Source: Trypanosoma brucei (lineage: Eukaryota). From it: a stretch of DNA of 64,000 nt. A model generated the notes under the pieces. The model made no database searches, was not told the DNA's origin, and saw only the letters and a program-made list of their open reading frames with translations. Numbering within the stretch: position 1 is the stretch's first letter; each line of letters starts with the position of its first letter. Shown here in pieces: positions 21,817 through 32,832 of the stretch. The translations under genes were made by a program, and so were the position numbers. The stretch spans positions 1,152,001-1,216,000 of the forward strand of contig CM000207.1 of NCBI GenBank assembly GCA_000002445.1. The letters are read 5' to 3'.

Positions 21817-24800
21817 TCGCAATGAATGATTTGTAAAAACGCACCATTTCTATAAATTGAGCCCCTTCCCGTACGTGTTTTTCTCCTTTTTTTTTGCAAA
21901 ATATTTACCATCATTAAAAAGGAGATGAGAACAGTACAAAATAGAAAGTTTTTTTAAAAAAAATGAGCATAAACGAACATAATTCCCACTTAAATTATTA
22001 TACATAATTCCACCCCTTTCCCTAAAATGGAATGATTAATATTTATATTTACCTCCGCTTCGTGTATAAATTAAGAACTTATTTCAATTATTTTTTTTTT
22101 CAGCGGCATTTTTTTTTTTTTAGTTACCGAATAAAACATGCGCTTCGTGACACGTTGTTTTGTTACCTTCATTCAACTTATTAGTGATTTTCGAGATGTC
22201 CTTTATTTATTTCTGCCATATAATTTGAAGGTTTCTTTACAAAATTAAATATACACATGCAAATCACAATTCCACTGATAAGACAACAGTTGTAATGTAA
22301 AATTAATGACTCCTAATGATGCCCCCTTTTCTTTTCTTTTTTTTTCCAAATACATATTTTAATAAATAAATTAATTAATTTACTTATTTATATGTTTTAC
22401 ATACGCATATGTATTCATATTCATTTGTGGCTTGTCATAAAAAACCCGCTCCTCTCTTCTAATAAACTATATAAAATATAAAATTAACTTGACTTAAATA
22501 AACTTAATCTAAACTATTCCTTGACTCATCACACATCTCATTACCCTTTTTTAAAAAAAAATATAAATAAATAAATAAATATATATATATTGATTCCTGT
22601 GTGCGTGTGTGTGTGTGCGTGTGTAATGGAAAAAAAATTAAATAAGAAAAGAAACGAAAAGGAAAAAGGAAAAAAAGGGAAAAGGAAAATTGATTTAAAA
22701 TACCGAATGAAATAATAGCAATAATAATAATAATAATAATTTTTTTAAAAAAAAGGTGATCAGTTGGGGGTGAAGGGACAGTTACAAAAAAATACTAAAA
22801 AAAAACATTTTTTTATATGAAATTATAATGACACCCTCCCATAAGTTTTCCTTATTCTTTTTTTTCCCCCCCTTTTATGCGCTCACACGATAATACACAA
22901 CGTAACGTCAGTACTTAAATGTTGGCATCCGTTTGAAAGCACAAAATAAGAGGTTTAAAAGAAAATTATTATTTTTTTTTTTTAAAAAAAGAAAAGAATG
23001 AAAAAATAATTAAAAAAATAATAAAAGGAAAGGAAAGTAGGGAAGGAAAAAAAAAAAGAAGAAAGGGATGGAAAGATGGGTGTTGAAGTGACGCTAAAGA
23101 AAAGAAAAGAAAAGAAAATAAATAAATAAATAATAGAAATAACTGAAAGAAAAAAAAAGTGGATGCGTGAGAGAGAGTGCGCGTGCGTGTGTACGTTGGG
23201 TTCCTCACGACTAAAATTAGGAGAAGGGAAACAAATAAATAAATAAATATAAATGTTTCGTTCATATTTAAATTTACCATGTTCGTTACGCCTTCCTATT
23301 TCAGTTCATTTATCTATTCATTCATTTCTTTATATATTTTCATTTACAATAATAATAATAATAAATGAATGTTTTTTTTTATTTTATTTTATTATCTTTA
23401 TTTTTATTATTTTCTGTTTTGTCACGTTCTTTTATTTTTTTTCTTTCTTTCTTTCCTTCTTTCCTTTTTGTTTTTGTTTTGTTAAACAAAAATTTAACAC
23501 TCCTGCACCGTTCCTTCATTCCGATTCCGTCCCGTTCACACACTTTTTCCGTTTACTTTTTGATATTATTTTTTCTTATTATTTTTTTTTGTAATTTATT
23601 TTCCTCATTTATCCAACGGGATCATTTCCCGCCCCTTTCGTTTCATTTTTAGCATTAAAAAAAAAAAAATAAAAATACAAAAAAAAAAATAAATCGAACC
23701 GAAGAGATGAGGCAACAAAATCACAAAAAGAACAAACAAACAAACAAACAAAAAGGCAAGGAAATAAAAATAAAAGTAAGGAAGACAAGAGGGATGATTA
23801 TTATTTAAATAAAATAATTTTTTTCATTAAAAAAAAAAAGGTATTGTTCCACACAGCTTTTGGAAAGTTTTTACGCGGAAATAATACGTAAAAACGTGGA
23901 AACACGAAAAAAAAAACAAGAAAAATAACATAACATAAAATAATATATAAAATAATAAATCAGTGCACAGGCTTACGTCATGCAACTGAAGAAAGAGAAA
24001 CAAAGAGGAAAACATAAATAAACAAAAAAATATTACATTTTTAATGTTTGAAAAAAAAAATGTAAATGTAAATGTAAAATTAACAGATTTGCCGCACTTC
24101 GTGATGTTTACACACATAAATAAAAGCGGATGGGACGGATTGTGCATATGTTGGATCACCACGTGTGTTACGTTGAAGTTAGTTCATTAATTAAAATTAT
24201 TAATCATTTAAAAGGAGAAAGAGAATTAATTTTTTTAAAATAAAAATAAATAAAAATAAATAAAAATAAAATAAAATAAACAAAACAAACAAACAAACAG
24301 GAGGGATTGTACCGTTACTTGTTGATAACCATAGTAACAATAATATTAATAATAATATTAATAATTGTTTAACCATAGTTACTAATAATTGTTAATAAAA
24401 GCAGGGCTGGCGGTAACGAGTAAATGAATGAATGGAGATTGCAAAAAATTTGAGAGGTGCGCACATTTGTGGGCGCGGGGGGGAGGGGGGGGGGAAAAAA
24501 ATAAATAAAAATACGTCCACACGAGTACACGCAAGTGACTTTTTCTCTTTCCCTCTTTTGTTTTTTTTATTTATTATTCATTCTTTGTCTTCTTCCCCCA
24601 CTCTCTCTATCTCTCTCTCTCTCTGCACACACACACACACAAAAAAAAAAAGAAACAAAAACGTAAAGAAAAAAACAAAAAGTGACCCGTCCCCTCATCG
24701 TTAATTTTACTCCACCGTTTTCTTCCTTCCGCTCCTCAAATACTCGCGTTACACCGATTAAATTTTTTTTTCCTACCCTTTTTCTTTTTTAAAAAAAAAA

Positions 24801-25060
24801 ACTCTCTTCCAGTTTCTTTCTCCTTCTTTCATTCTTTCTTCTTGTCGTTTCCCTTTGTTAGCCGCTACCCTATACAACTTCTTAATCCGTCTTCCTTTTT
24901 TTCTATTTTTTCTTTTTAAAAAAAAAAAATAAGAAAAACCTTTTAACCAATTCAATAAACGTTTTGCTCTCATTTATTTTTTATTTTATGCCTTTTTTTT
25001 TCTTTTTCATTCATTCATTCATTCTTTCATTTATTCATTTATTACCTCCTCTTAGGGACA
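21600..25060. repeat. Low-complexity A/T-rich, purine-skewed spacer of about 3.5 kb downstream of the nucleoside-transporter gene. It contains (TAA)n, (AAAT)n, (AAAC)n, (GT)n and G-runs.
   Basis: Direct inspection: (taa)9 at 21786-21812, 'aaataaataaataaat' motifs, (aaac)5 at 24285-24300, and G-run at 24470-24500. Only low-complexity pseudo-ORFs are present. Confidence 0.8.
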
Positions 25061-25061
25061 G

Positions 25062-26450
25062 TTATGATTCTGGAAGAGCCGTCATAACCGCCAAAGCCAA
25101 CATGGAGCCGGCAAAGAGGCCGAGTAAAAGGGCCAAATTCCCACAAATGGCGGCAAGGGAGCGTTGACCCGCAGTTGTTAAAGAGCCGGTACGTGGCGCA
25201 TAAATCATAGACATACCACCAAAATAACCATTTGTGAGACCCCAAAGAAGACAAAGAATATAAGGGAGTGCGGAACCGGGAATGATGCCGCGCACGCACA
25301 ACACAAGCAGTGGAATGATCAACAAACGAGCGAACGTTCCGATAAGGACCACGATGGGCGATGGGCGCAGCTGCTTGAACTGAAGTACGAGGCGGGAGAG
25401 AAAGTCACCGAAGTTAAACATAGCGGCGGTGAGAGTTATGTACCATCCATCTTTCACTTCAACGGCGAAAAATACACCGGGGAAGACGAGGAGGGTAGCA
25501 AAAAATACGAAGAAACACGAGACCAACATGGGCCAAATGCGCTTCACCACAAACCACAAATTAGCATCGAGCATTTGTTGTGCGTTGGTGGTGCCATCAA
25601 CCTGATCGGTATCCTTCATCTTGTCCGGATCTTCGCTGACGTTCAGGACATTCATCTTGGAAGTTGACTTCTCCACCCGTTCGCCCTCCTCTCCGGCATT
25701 AGCTTCTTGGTCTGTAATGGTCTCTTGAACAGGTTCGTTACTTTCCACTGCGCTCTCTTTCGCTGCAGCATGCCTAAACTCAGCGGCGTATTTTATCGCA
25801 TAAGGATTCTTCGTTAGCAGAGCCAAAAGAACACAGGCGATCACCTGAATAAATATGACAATACCAAAGTATATCCTCGACTGAGTTAACATGCTCTCGA
25901 AGCTATCATCCATCGAAGCTTTAATAATGATAGACATGAGGGAAGTAATGAGCCCGGAAACACCAAGACCCCACACAATAGCCCCATAAAACCTCGTTGG
26001 AAACGGTCCTACCAGTGCCGCATTACTCGAGTCGCAAAGTGTTTTGGAAACACCACCAACCAAAGCAATAATTATAATAGTTGCTTTGGCGCCTGCTTCA
26101 CTGGTATGGCACACGGTGATAAGTATAAGCGCAATAAGTTCTACAAGAGGAATAGTGAGGCCAAAGATAAGCCGGATCCGGATGGGGATTCGCCTTCCAA
26201 CATTCGTCAGCATAAAAGTTTCCAGAAGCACCTGAGCACTAAACACTGCGGCGTTGTAGTACGTGAGTATGTTGTTCCAGAAATTCTCATTCTCTGTTTG
26301 AGCGTCCGAGCTGCCTTGTGCATACTTGTAGTATTCCGTAAAGAAGGCTGGTATGGAGTAAATGGCATTTGTCACCATCATCACCGACATCCCAAAAAAG
26401 ATGAAGGTGACATAGACGACGAACTCAGAAAACGACTCAAACCCGAGCAT
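25062..26450 (-). CDS. Equilibrative nucleoside transporter (ENT/SLC29 family), trypanosome NT/AT-type purine nucleoside/nucleobase transporter, 462 aa.
   Basis: The N-terminus 'MLGFESFSEFVVYVTFIFFGMSVMMVTN' and the overall topology are typical of trypanosomatid ENT transporters. This means about 11 hydrophobic segments, a large charged central loop, and a length of about 460 aa. Confidence 0.88.
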   Translation of the reverse strand: MLGFESFSEFVVYVTFIFFGMSVMMVTNAIYSIPAFFTEYYKYAQGSSDAQTENENFWNNILTYYNAAVFSAQVLLETFMLTNVGRRIPIRIRLIFGLTIPLVELIALILITVCHTSEAGAKATIIIIALVGGVSKTLCDSSNAALVGPFPTRFYGAIVWGLGVSGLITSLMSIIIKASMDDSFESMLTQSRIYFGIVIFIQVIACVLLALLTKNPYAIKYAAEFRHAAAKESAVESNEPVQETITDQEANAGEEGERVEKSTSKMNVLNVSEDPDKMKDTDQVDGTTNAQQMLDANLWFVVKRIWPMLVSCFFVFFATLLVFPGVFFAVEVKDGWYITLTAAMFNFGDFLSRLVLQFKQLRPSPIVVLIGTFARLLIIPLLVLCVRGIIPGSALPYILCLLWGLTNGYFGGMSMIYAPRTGSLTTAGQRSLAAICGNLALLLGLFAGSMLALAVMTALPES

Positions 26451-26695
26451 GATTCTTGCTTAAATGACTCAGCTAGATGGTGAAGCGCACCCCTACAAAT
26501 AGCATAAGACAACATAAACATAAAAGCAAAACAAATAATTAAAAAAAAAAGTGGAAACATAACAACGTCAATAGGCAACAAGAGTGTGAGATTAGTACAA
26601 TATCCATTATGCACATGATTCCGTAAGGAAATGATATGACAAGCAAAACACACCAAAAACTCAAGCACACACAAACACACAGGCAGACACATGCA

Positions 26696-26696
<1 letters not shown>

Positions 26697-26730
<34 letters not shown>
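26697..26730. repeat. (TA)n dinucleotide microsatellite of about 16 units
   Basis: Direct read 'atatatatatatatatatatatatatatata'. Confidence 0.9.
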
Positions 26731-26732
<2 letters not shown>

Positions 26733-26871
26733 AAACACTAGACAAAGGGGATACACAAAGAGGAGTACCAATTGTACTCACACGCACACGCATCGTGGAA
26801 CCAAGTGCATAAAAACATTATCCTTTCCATTCACTGGGCTCATCCCCCCCGCCCCATTTTCCCCCCCCCCT

Positions 26872-26915
26872 AAAAGAGGGGAAAATAAAAGGAAAAAAGA
26901 AAACGATGAAAGGAA
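26872..26915 (-). promoter_or_regulatory. Polypyrimidine tract (on minus strand) with a downstream AG, a candidate trans-splice acceptor signal for the ENT gene.
   Basis: Plus strand 'aaaagaggggaaaataaaaggaaaaaagaaaacgatgaaaggaa' is polypurine, so the reverse complement is a 44-nt Y-tract followed by 'ag'. It lies about 420 nt upstream of the ATG at 26450. Confidence 0.35.
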
Positions 26916-27299
26916 CTTCAATAAAACCCACGAAGAACACGCAGTGGAAGATGAATGAGGTTTACTGCCGAACTGTTCTCTCGTTGTAAATATACCAAAA
27001 CGCTCAAGCACTTTCGTCAGTTTGGCACCGCAGTAATAATGCGCGCAACGCAAGTAGAGAATAGTAAACAAAAAAAAAAAAGAAGGACAAATGGAAAAAA
27101 AAAGAGGGAAAAACACACCCAACAAAAAGAGAGAGAGAGAAAAAAAAGAGAAAGGAACAACTAACACTCTTCTGATTTCAAAATGGACGTAGACAAGAGA
27201 TGTGAAAGATACCTTTTAAAGGGCAGAACCCAAAACGAAACAAAACAACAGAGAAACAAACAAATGAATACTAAGGGACTGACCCTTGCGTTCTTTTGC

Positions 27300-28874
27300 C
27301 TACTTGGCACGTAGGTGCTGTTCAATCCACTCCAATTGCTCATCATCCAAACTATCCGCGTACGCACTGCTGCTCATTTCCCATGAACCATCATCATTAT
27401 CATAAGCAAAATGACCGTGATCTGCGCTGTATTCGCTTTGAGACGCCAACACGGAGGAGAATTCATCTCCTTGTGCATCTATATTGAGAGAGGATGAAGA
27501 TGGCATGCGGTGACGTAGCAGGCGACGCGTTGCTACGGAGGGACCATTCACATCCCAATAACCCCCTGCGCAGTGGAAAAGTTCAACATTACTTGCACCT
27601 GCGTTGGATGAACCAAAGATACATTCCTGCCATTCCTGTCCAACAGATGCGGCATCTTCCTCTTCTTCACCCATCTGAAGCATATGGAGCATTTTTGCCT
27701 CATCTTGGGCTTCCGCGTCGGTGAATGGAATGCGCAGGTGTCGAATACCATCACCTTCACAACTATCTTCAACCCCTTCGGTTGTGTAGGGAATATCTTC
27801 AACACTGTCATCTTTCCCATCGCCGCATTGAACACACTGCTGGCAGCGTAACGTATCAAAGGTTGGCGACGATGTAACTGGTTTAACTGAAGCAGGGATT
27901 ATAGAACTGGTACTGCCAACTTTCGGCGTATCTGGGGACAAGCAACTCTCAGAGGTGGCAAGAGCCCCACCACCTCTGAATCCTGGTGGATGATACACCA
28001 TTCCACCTCTTAATACAAGTGGAGTGCATGGAAACTCCAGTGAATGCGATTGTGCTCTCACATCCTCAACACTGCATGGGCTAACAATGCTGTCAATATA
28101 CCGCTTTGATCCTTCGCAGGGAAACAAAGGAACACCATGTTCACACGTTGCTTGTGCCAAAGCGGGTGACTGAGGAGCAGTTCGCGAGAGAGGAAGAAAA
28201 GGTGCCGCATGTACGGACAGCCCTTTCCGACTCATTTCTGTTCGTAGAACCTCCCTATCGTCACCACTTCCAGGGCCGCTCGTTACACTTTGCGTTGTGA
28301 TACCGCCATGTAGCCCCGTGGCTTGAAGAATCTGCGTAGGAGATAACAACGTACTAAACGCAGAAGCGCTCAGCGAGGAGGCCGGGGCGGCTTCTTCCGT
28401 TTCCTTCACTTCCTTAGCTGAACTCGAGAGGTCATCTGGCTTGAGTTGCTGAAGTGAGTTGAGTCTCCGTGTGGGCGTGAGTGGAACGTTACTTCTTTCC
28501 TTACTGACAGCAGCGGATTCACAATAAGGTGGGGATGCGAGACACACTGCGGCGGAAGTGTCGCTGGTGCTGATTTCAGTTGATTTACTGATATCCAAAG
28601 GGTTTCCTCGACTTGCACGCGTTGCAGCGCGCTTTTGCGTTGATTTCGGTGCCGAATTCCCTGCACGGCCTTGTTTACCTTTTGAAGCAGCTGCTAATGA
28701 ACGTGACTGCCGGTGTTGGGGACGTCGGGCGGCTGGTCCTGAGCGTGGGTTTGCTTGTGTTTGAACCTTTGTTTGGCAATAAGGCGTCTTGTGTGTGGTT
28801 GTCGGTTGGTTCATTTTTTCAGTGGCGAAATAATACAATGATGATTCCGTGAAATCTATTTCTCTCCCACACAC
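27300..28874 (-). CDS. Hypothetical Ser/Thr/Ala-rich protein (524-aa ORF; likely start at internal 'MNQPTTTHKT', about coordinate 28814). No recognisable domain.
   Basis: Long intact ORF co-oriented with neighbours. Composition is coding-like. Low-complexity Ser-rich stretches are present and the C-terminus is acidic. Confidence 0.6.
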   Translation of the reverse strand: MCGREIDFTESSLYYFATEKMNQPTTTHKTPYCQTKVQTQANPRSGPAARRPQHRQSRSLAAASKGKQGRAGNSAPKSTQKRAATRASRGNPLDISKSTEISTSDTSAAVCLASPPYCESAAVSKERSNVPLTPTRRLNSLQQLKPDDLSSSAKEVKETEEAAPASSLSASAFSTLLSPTQILQATGLHGGITTQSVTSGPGSGDDREVLRTEMSRKGLSVHAAPFLPLSRTAPQSPALAQATCEHGVPLFPCEGSKRYIDSIVSPCSVEDVRAQSHSLEFPCTPLVLRGGMVYHPPGFRGGGALATSESCLSPDTPKVGSTSSIIPASVKPVTSSPTFDTLRCQQCVQCGDGKDDSVEDIPYTTEGVEDSCEGDGIRHLRIPFTDAEAQDEAKMLHMLQMGEEEEDAASVGQEWQECIFGSSNAGASNVELFHCAGGYWDVNGPSVATRRLLRHRMPSSSSLNIDAQGDEFSSVLASQSEYSADHGHFAYDNDDGSWEMSSSAYADSLDDEQLEWIEQHLRAK

Positions 28875-28899
28875 GCTAACTTTTGTCCGTCTTTTTTTT

Positions 28900-29548
28900 T
28901 TCTTTTTACCTTTTGTCCAACGCCCAAAGCGCCTTTGGATTCTTCACTGCAACACCTCCCCCAATAGGGAAATGTGCGGATATATATATATGAGTGTGGT
29001 AAAAGTGATCGGATGGGTCCTTTTTTTCCTTTTTTTTTTGTGAAGAAACGAGGTCAACAATATTCAAATTCCTTTTATTTCTTCTTCTTTTCTCCTCCCC
29101 TCCCCTTCCAGCTTCCTTCAGATGAATGGTTAAAAAGAAGAGGACTGCCTGTTGTTTCAGTTTTTCCTTCACTTCACTTCACTTCACCAGGTGAACACCG
29201 TCTTTTGGGTGCCTTTTTTTTTCCCTTCTTTTTGTTGTTGTTCGTGTTTGTGATGTTGGCTGTTTGCCGCCGCAACGGCTTGCGCTAAACCGTGGCTTTA
29301 CTAATAAAGAAATTATGGAAAAGTGAAGACGATGGTATCAGCACGGAAAATATATATTTAAAAATAAATAAATATAAATATATATATATATATCAACTCA
29401 GACAATAGAAGGGAGAGGCACACACACAGAGAAAGAGAGAGAAAAAAAAAAGAAAAAAGAAAAAAAGAAAAAATAAAAAGAAGGAGGGGAAAAATACGAA
29501 GCAAAATTAAGAAGATGCAATGGTGACGCTTGTATGCGTTGTCACTGG

Positions 29549-29580
<32 letters not shown>

Positions 29581-31790
29581 TAAACTGTTGTGGTAATAAT
29601 AGCAGTGTATCAGGGCAAAGTAATTCATTTTTCTTTCTTTTTTTTTTAATTATTATTATATATTATTATTTCTCTCCCTAAAAGGGAAAAATAATAATAA
29701 TAATAAAAAGAGAAAATGTTCAAATTTCTTTGCTTAGAAACGCGATTCAACAGACGATGGCGCACGAGAACATGCACATCGGCACAAACACAAATATAGC
29801 GCACAAGAGCCACGACAAAAAAGAAAAAAAACGGACAACGAAAGACAACAGCCAAAAAAGTAAAAAAAAAAAAGATAGCGACCGAGATCACTAAATTATG
29901 TGCACTCCGGCTTTCAACGTGACCACTGCAGCTGACGTCGCTAAGTGCTGTAAAAAAAAAAAAAGCGGGTTGGCGATTACTGATGCAAATGAAAACCCCC
30001 CCTTTAAAAAAAAAAAAACAAAATAAACACGCAAAAACCGTCATCATTACTAAATCCATCATCACCACCAATCTTCTAACGTCGAAAAATAAAATAAAAT
30101 AGAAAAGAGATATCTATCCATCATATGATTCTTCTCGACAACGTTTTTCATTCATTCATTCTTTCTTTTCCTTTTCTTTTCCTTTTCTTCTCTCCCTCCC
30201 ATCACCCATCTTTATTTATTTTATTTTATTTTATTTCTTGTTTCATTTCTTTCTTTCATTCTCCACGTACCTATTGAAGGTACAGCATGTAATGGTGTTT
30301 TTTTTTTTTTAAATAAAGCAACAAAAATAAACGTCCACAGATTTCTTTCTTTTTTTTTTTTTGACTGAGTGGTGCCGTAACGGTGTGTTTCACTTTTATA
30401 TATTTTTATTCCTTCGAATTTTTATTGTAATTACAAGTTGCAACCAACTGAGACGCACCTCCCACAAATTCATCACGGGTAACGTCATTCCTTTTATATA
30501 TATAAATATATAAATCCTTCTCATTCAAAGCCATGCAAAACAACAACAACAACACAACAAAAAACAAAGAAAAATTGTTGTAACAATAATAATAATAATA
30601 ACAATAATAATAAAAATGGTAAACCAAAAATATTGAACCCGTAGAAGAAAAGCAAATAAAAAAAACACACACACAAACACATATGGAGACACACGCAAAG
30701 CAAAAGCAGATATGACAATAACACAACAACAAAATGTCGTGTGCTTTTCGTGTTAAATAAAATTCATGGCATGCAACAGTCCTCACGGAACAAAAGAAAA
30801 AAAAGAACAAAAAAGAAAAGAAAAGAAACACCGGTAAAATAATATCAAACCAAAAATAAAAAATTAATGGCAACATTTTCAGTCGCTGGTTTTGTCGTCT
30901 TTTATTTTATTTTATTTTCCTTTTCTCTTTTATTTTCCTTCTGTTCATTGTGTTTCTCTTTTTTGTTTCTTTTTTTTTTTTTTACCTTCAGGCCTTCTGT
31001 ATATATATAAATATCCTTCGTGAATCCTTCAGGGTGTCTCCATTATTTATTTTCCCCATTTGTTTCTTTGTTAGATGGTGTGAAGGACGTTAGGGACGTA
31101 ATAAAAATCATAAATTCTAAAAAAAGAAAATTGAAAATTCACAACACTTGCGTAGCGAATACTCTTGTCTTCGTTATCCCACAACAATAACAAAAAAAAC
31201 GATCAATAAATAAATAAGCAAAACAAATCTTCATCTTCCTCTCGTGCACTTACGCGATTGACCCTTGAAGAAAACAAGAAAGAAACCGAAAAAAAAAAAC
31301 AAACTAGCCATATGATTCTTCATGGATACCCTTCATATACATATACATGTAAATACATACATTCCTTTTCCTTTTTTCCCCCCACCCCACCTCTTTTTCC
31401 CCTTCTCTCACTGTTGTGAGCTTTTATTATTATTACTATTATTATTATTATTACTGTTATTATTATTTTCCTTCATCGGCTTTACACAATCAAAAACTTA
31501 TAATCGACTTCAAGGCCTTTTTAAATTCCCCATCATCACTTGTTGCATTGTACTTTTAATCGTATCTTCCATCTCTACAACTCTGCTTGTATCCGAACGT
31601 TTGTATACATCTCTCCCTCTATATATTTATTTATTTATTTGGATTGTGATTAAAATAAAGACAAGGTAAAAAAGGCGAAAAAAAAACAACAACAACAAAA
31701 AAAAAACAAAAAAGAGAAACATTCCTCCCTCCCACCCACCCACTCACTCACTCACCACGTCATTGATATGACATTTTGTTTTTGTTTTTG
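28900..31790. repeat. Low-complexity spacer of about 2.9 kb with (AAC)10, (TA)n, (CAA)n, (TTA)n and homopolymer runs.
   Basis: (aac)10 at 29549-29580. (tta)n/(ttattattac) at 31430-31470. Polypurine runs at 29430-29500. Confidence 0.8.
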
Positions 31791-31791
31791 T

Positions 31792-32832
31792 TTACAACGA
31801 CTCCCGAAGCTCTGCAACAATCGCTTTCGCCTCCTCATCGGAAGGACTTTCCTTAAGGGCGGCTTCTGCCACTTCTAACGCCTCTTGCATTTTTCCGCCA
31901 TCCGCAAGTATGGCAGCTTTTGCTTTCAAAAGTGTTGCAACGGTCCGACCCCCGACATTACCGGCCGCATCCGCCTCCTCCGGTGGTGGGTTGCAAATAA
32001 GTGGATCGAGAAATTCCAGCGCCGCCGCATCACCCAACGTTTCACTCAACAAAAACGCCTTCTCGCGGATCAGTGTCGGGCGCGGGTGGAGCGAAATCGC
32101 ACTCTCCAAAAGCGGAAGGAGCTCCTTACGTAACGCCTCAATTCGCATATCATCATTACTCTCAGCGATGTATTCCTTCAAAACCTCTATATGACGCTCT
32201 AAAGCAGTGATGCAGTTGCGGTTAGTTTCAAATGCCTCACTATATGCTTTCCGTGCTTCATCAGGGCAACCGGAGGCCTTGAGGGCATCACCCAACACAA
32301 CATAACCCATATGAACACGGTCCCATGCGTGGTTGCATGCCAACTTAGCCGTTTCAACCGCTTCAGTAAACAATTCTGGCGTTTCTGGAGTTGCAGTTTT
32401 CAGTAACAACTCCGCTTGGTACGCATATGCACGTGTTATTGGTGCAGGCACAGCGGTGGCATTGGTAGAAGCGGTTTCCTTTTTTAAAAACGCTGTTAAT
32501 TCCTCCAGAGCCGCCTGAGGACCACGTTCACACTCCAATGCTTTAATTTCCATTATTTTTGCCAGTTGTTGTTGTTGAGTAATAAGATATTTCTCAGCTG
32601 CAATGGAGAACTGCTCACGGGCATCCTCCAACTCTTCCAACTGCACCAAAATCTCACCTGTTGCATCCATGCAAGGCCCAACCTGAAACGGAGGTGCCGT
32701 TTCTGCTTTAAAGAGGAACAAACGCATTGCACCTAAAAGATAGTCCCGATCCCATAAGTCAAACCCTTCACCAATAGGCGTTTTGGCGAAGCGTTGCACG
32801 GTGGATTCGGTACGCACGCGTCCTTGTCTCAT
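31792..32832 (-). CDS. Hypothetical conserved alpha-helical (TPR-like) protein, 346 aa
   Basis: Intact ORF in the same orientation. Ala/Leu/Glu-rich helical repeats are present, e.g. 'AYSEAFETNRNCITALERHIEVLKEY'. No catalytic motif is recognised. Confidence 0.65.
   Translation of the reverse strand: MRQGRVRTESTVQRFAKTPIGEGFDLWDRDYLLGAMRLFLFKAETAPPFQVGPCMDATGEILVQLEELEDAREQFSIAAEKYLITQQQQLAKIMEIKALECERGPQAALEELTAFLKKETASTNATAVPAPITRAYAYQAELLLKTATPETPELFTEAVETAKLACNHAWDRVHMGYVVLGDALKASGCPDEARKAYSEAFETNRNCITALERHIEVLKEYIAESNDDMRIEALRKELLPLLESAISLHPRPTLIREKAFLLSETLGDAAALEFLDPLICNPPPEEADAAGNVGGRTVATLLKAKAAILADGGKMQEALEVAEAALKESPSDEEAKAIVAELRESL

Noticed and set aside
22969-24162. ORFs of 100-115 aa in the A/T-rich spacers (22969..23280, 23253..23594, 23827..24162, 29646..30071, 30406..30876, 34506..35135)
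   Set aside because: Their translations are pure low-complexity (poly-F/L/K/N) generated by microsatellites and homopolymers. Stop codons are simply rare in purine/pyrimidine-skewed sequence.
18753-25060. Possible tRNA, snoRNA or SL-RNA genes in the long spacers
   Set aside because: No tRNA T-arm box (GGTTCGAATCC-like), SL-RNA sequence or convincing C/D box pairs could be recognised by eye. This needs a computational scan, so no RNA gene is reported.
26697-26730. Regularly spaced short repeats such as (TA)n that could superficially suggest CRISPR-like arrays
   Set aside because: This is a eukaryotic kinetoplastid sequence. The repeats are simple dinucleotide microsatellites with no unique spacers.
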